Assembly (NCBI GenBank): GCA_000092065.1
Contig: CP000584.1
Reading direction: 5' to 3' (one strand)
Origin: Ostreococcus lucimarinus
Taxonomy: Eukaryota
Length of the DNA stretch: 64,000 nt
The translations under genes were made by a program, and so were the position numbers. Of the stretch, positions 62,942-64,000 are shown one piece after another. Numbering within the stretch: the stretch's first letter is position 1; each line of letters starts with the position of its first letter. The notes below the pieces were generated by a model that searched no databases, had not been told where the DNA came from, and saw only the letters and a program-made list of their open reading frames with translations.

Positions 62942-63172
62942 CTGCGAGTCGATGTCGACGAACGACGTAATGTTAGTCTTCGTTCGCGTGCGTCCGCGCT
63001 CGCGATCGACGGCGTCCGCGCGCGCGCGCGTCGACTCGCGATCGATCGATCGCGACGGTGACCCTAAGCGCGACGCCGGAGCGGCATCGCGCGTTGCGGC
63101 GCCGCGCGACGCGCGACGCGAGTCACGGCGCGCGCTCGGGCGCAACGATAGATCCGCGCGCGTTCGACGCAC

Positions 63173-63205
63173 CTTGCGCTTCTTGCTTATAGCGGTGGCC
63201 ACCAT
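63173..63205 (-). CDS. RPS3: 40S ribosomal protein S3 (uS3), exon 1 ([11 protein letters not shown])
   Basis: ATG GTG GCC ACC GCT ATA AGC AAG AAG CGC AAG followed directly by GTGCGT donor (cf. human MAVQISKKRK). Confidence 0.8.
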
Positions 63206-63325
63206 GGTGTCGACGTGCGAGGCGCGGAAAGACGGAGCGAGGGCGACGCGCGGGCGCGACGGGGCGGACTCGGATTTCTTGGCCCCACGGGAGTGAGATT
63301 TCTGACATCGGACGCCGCGCGCGCG

Positions 63326-64000
63326 CTACTGATGGCTCGAGGACGTCGACGCGGCGAGCTCGAGCGCAGAGATGCGCTGCGCTTGGGAGTCTAACATCGC
63401 ACGGAGGTGCTGGATGCGGTCGCGGAGCTCGTCGCACTCCTCCTCGCGCTCGCCGATGACTTCGAGCGCGGCGGCGTAACGCTTCTCCAGCGCGGCGGAG
63501 ACGCCGACGGCGGCGCCGCCGTCGGCGAGCTGCTCGCTCTTCACGAGCTCGTTCGCGAGCGAGTCGCGCGTTTGTTCTAACTTTTTGATCTGGTCGTGCG
63601 CGATGTGAAGGTCGGTGTCTCGCGCGGCGAGTTGGCTCTTGAGCGCGGCTAAAGTATCGCGCACGGCAAGACTCAAGCCGGCTTCGCCGCCGGTGAGCAT
63701 GGGTGCAGGCGCGGCTTTCGCCGAGTTTTCGCTCGCGCGATCGCCATCATATTTGCTTTGTAAAGAATCCACCTCATCGCGCGCGAGTTTCAAGTCGCTC
63801 TCCAGCTTGGCCGTAGCTGCGAGCATTTCGGCGCGTTCTCGATCCCACGTCTCGCCGAGCTGCTTATGCTTACCACGCTCTTGTGCGAGCAATTGCTTCA
63901 CCTTAGACTCGCGTTCGCGAGCCTCTTCTTCCACCACGGAGAGTCGACCCTCTTGTTCCGCGAAAGATTCACTAAATTTGGCCGATTTGACTGCCTCCGC
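63326..64000 (-). CDS. Coiled-coil protein, 3' portion (gene continues beyond the window end)
   Basis: Heptad-rich sequence (LKLARDEVDSLQSKYDG...ELRDRIQHLRAMLDSQAQRISALEL). The open frame runs to position 64000 without a start. Confidence 0.45.
   Translation of the reverse strand, partial: AEAVKSAKFSESFAEQEGRLSVVEEEARERESKVKQLLAQERGKHKQLGETWDRERAEMLAATAKLESDLKLARDEVDSLQSKYDGDRASENSAKAAPAPMLTGGEAGLSLAVRDTLAALKSQLAARDTDLHIAHDQIKKLEQTRDSLANELVKSEQLADGGAAVGVSAALEKRYAAALEVIGEREEECDELRDRIQHLRAMLDSQAQRISALELAASTSSSHQ

Noticed and set aside
1-64000. Prokaryotic defence/mobile island (operons, toxin-antitoxin, integrases, transposases)
   Set aside because: Spliceosomal introns, eukaryotic gene content (exportin, nucleoporin, CTR9, CNOT9, RPS3) and no integrase/transposase/recombinase signatures. 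No terminal inverted repeats or target-site duplications noticed.

Overview
Dense eukaryotic nuclear DNA, high GC (~65-70%), about 35 protein-coding genes in 64 kb on both strands. Introns are few and short (~90-480 nt, mostly GTGCGT/GTACGT...CAG) and have lower GC than the exons. Gene density, Arg/Ala-rich low-complexity N-termini resembling transit peptides, (ACG)n-type coding microsatellites and plant-like gene content (fused HisIE, plastid-type TadA, LOG, class I fumarase, TVP38) point to a Mamiellophyceae-like green picoalga such as Micromonas or Ostreococcus. That assignment is an inference, not a database hit. There are no prokaryotic operons, CRISPR arrays, rRNA genes or convincing tRNA genes. 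Recognisable genes include Exportin-5, a DEAD-box helicase, ALG9, a class I fumarate hydratase, a CDC6 orthologue carrying two N-terminal MBD-like domains, a USP-domain protein, HisIE, TadA, an apyrase, an FG-nucleoporin, PIG-N, RED/IK, LOG, CNOT9, CTR9 and RPS3, plus several ankyrin, coiled-coil and hypothetical proteins. Many long ORFs in the six-frame track are shadow ORFs caused by GC richness, and the track uses TTG/GTG starts, so true starts and splice junctions were placed by eye and are approximate (+/-2 nt). The strongest novelty candidates are the tandem-MBD::CDC6 fusion, a divergent DOT1-fold methyltransferase, the head-to-head HisIE/TadA pair with overlapping start codons, and an expanding family of ankyrin genes with 99-nt tandem coding repeats.
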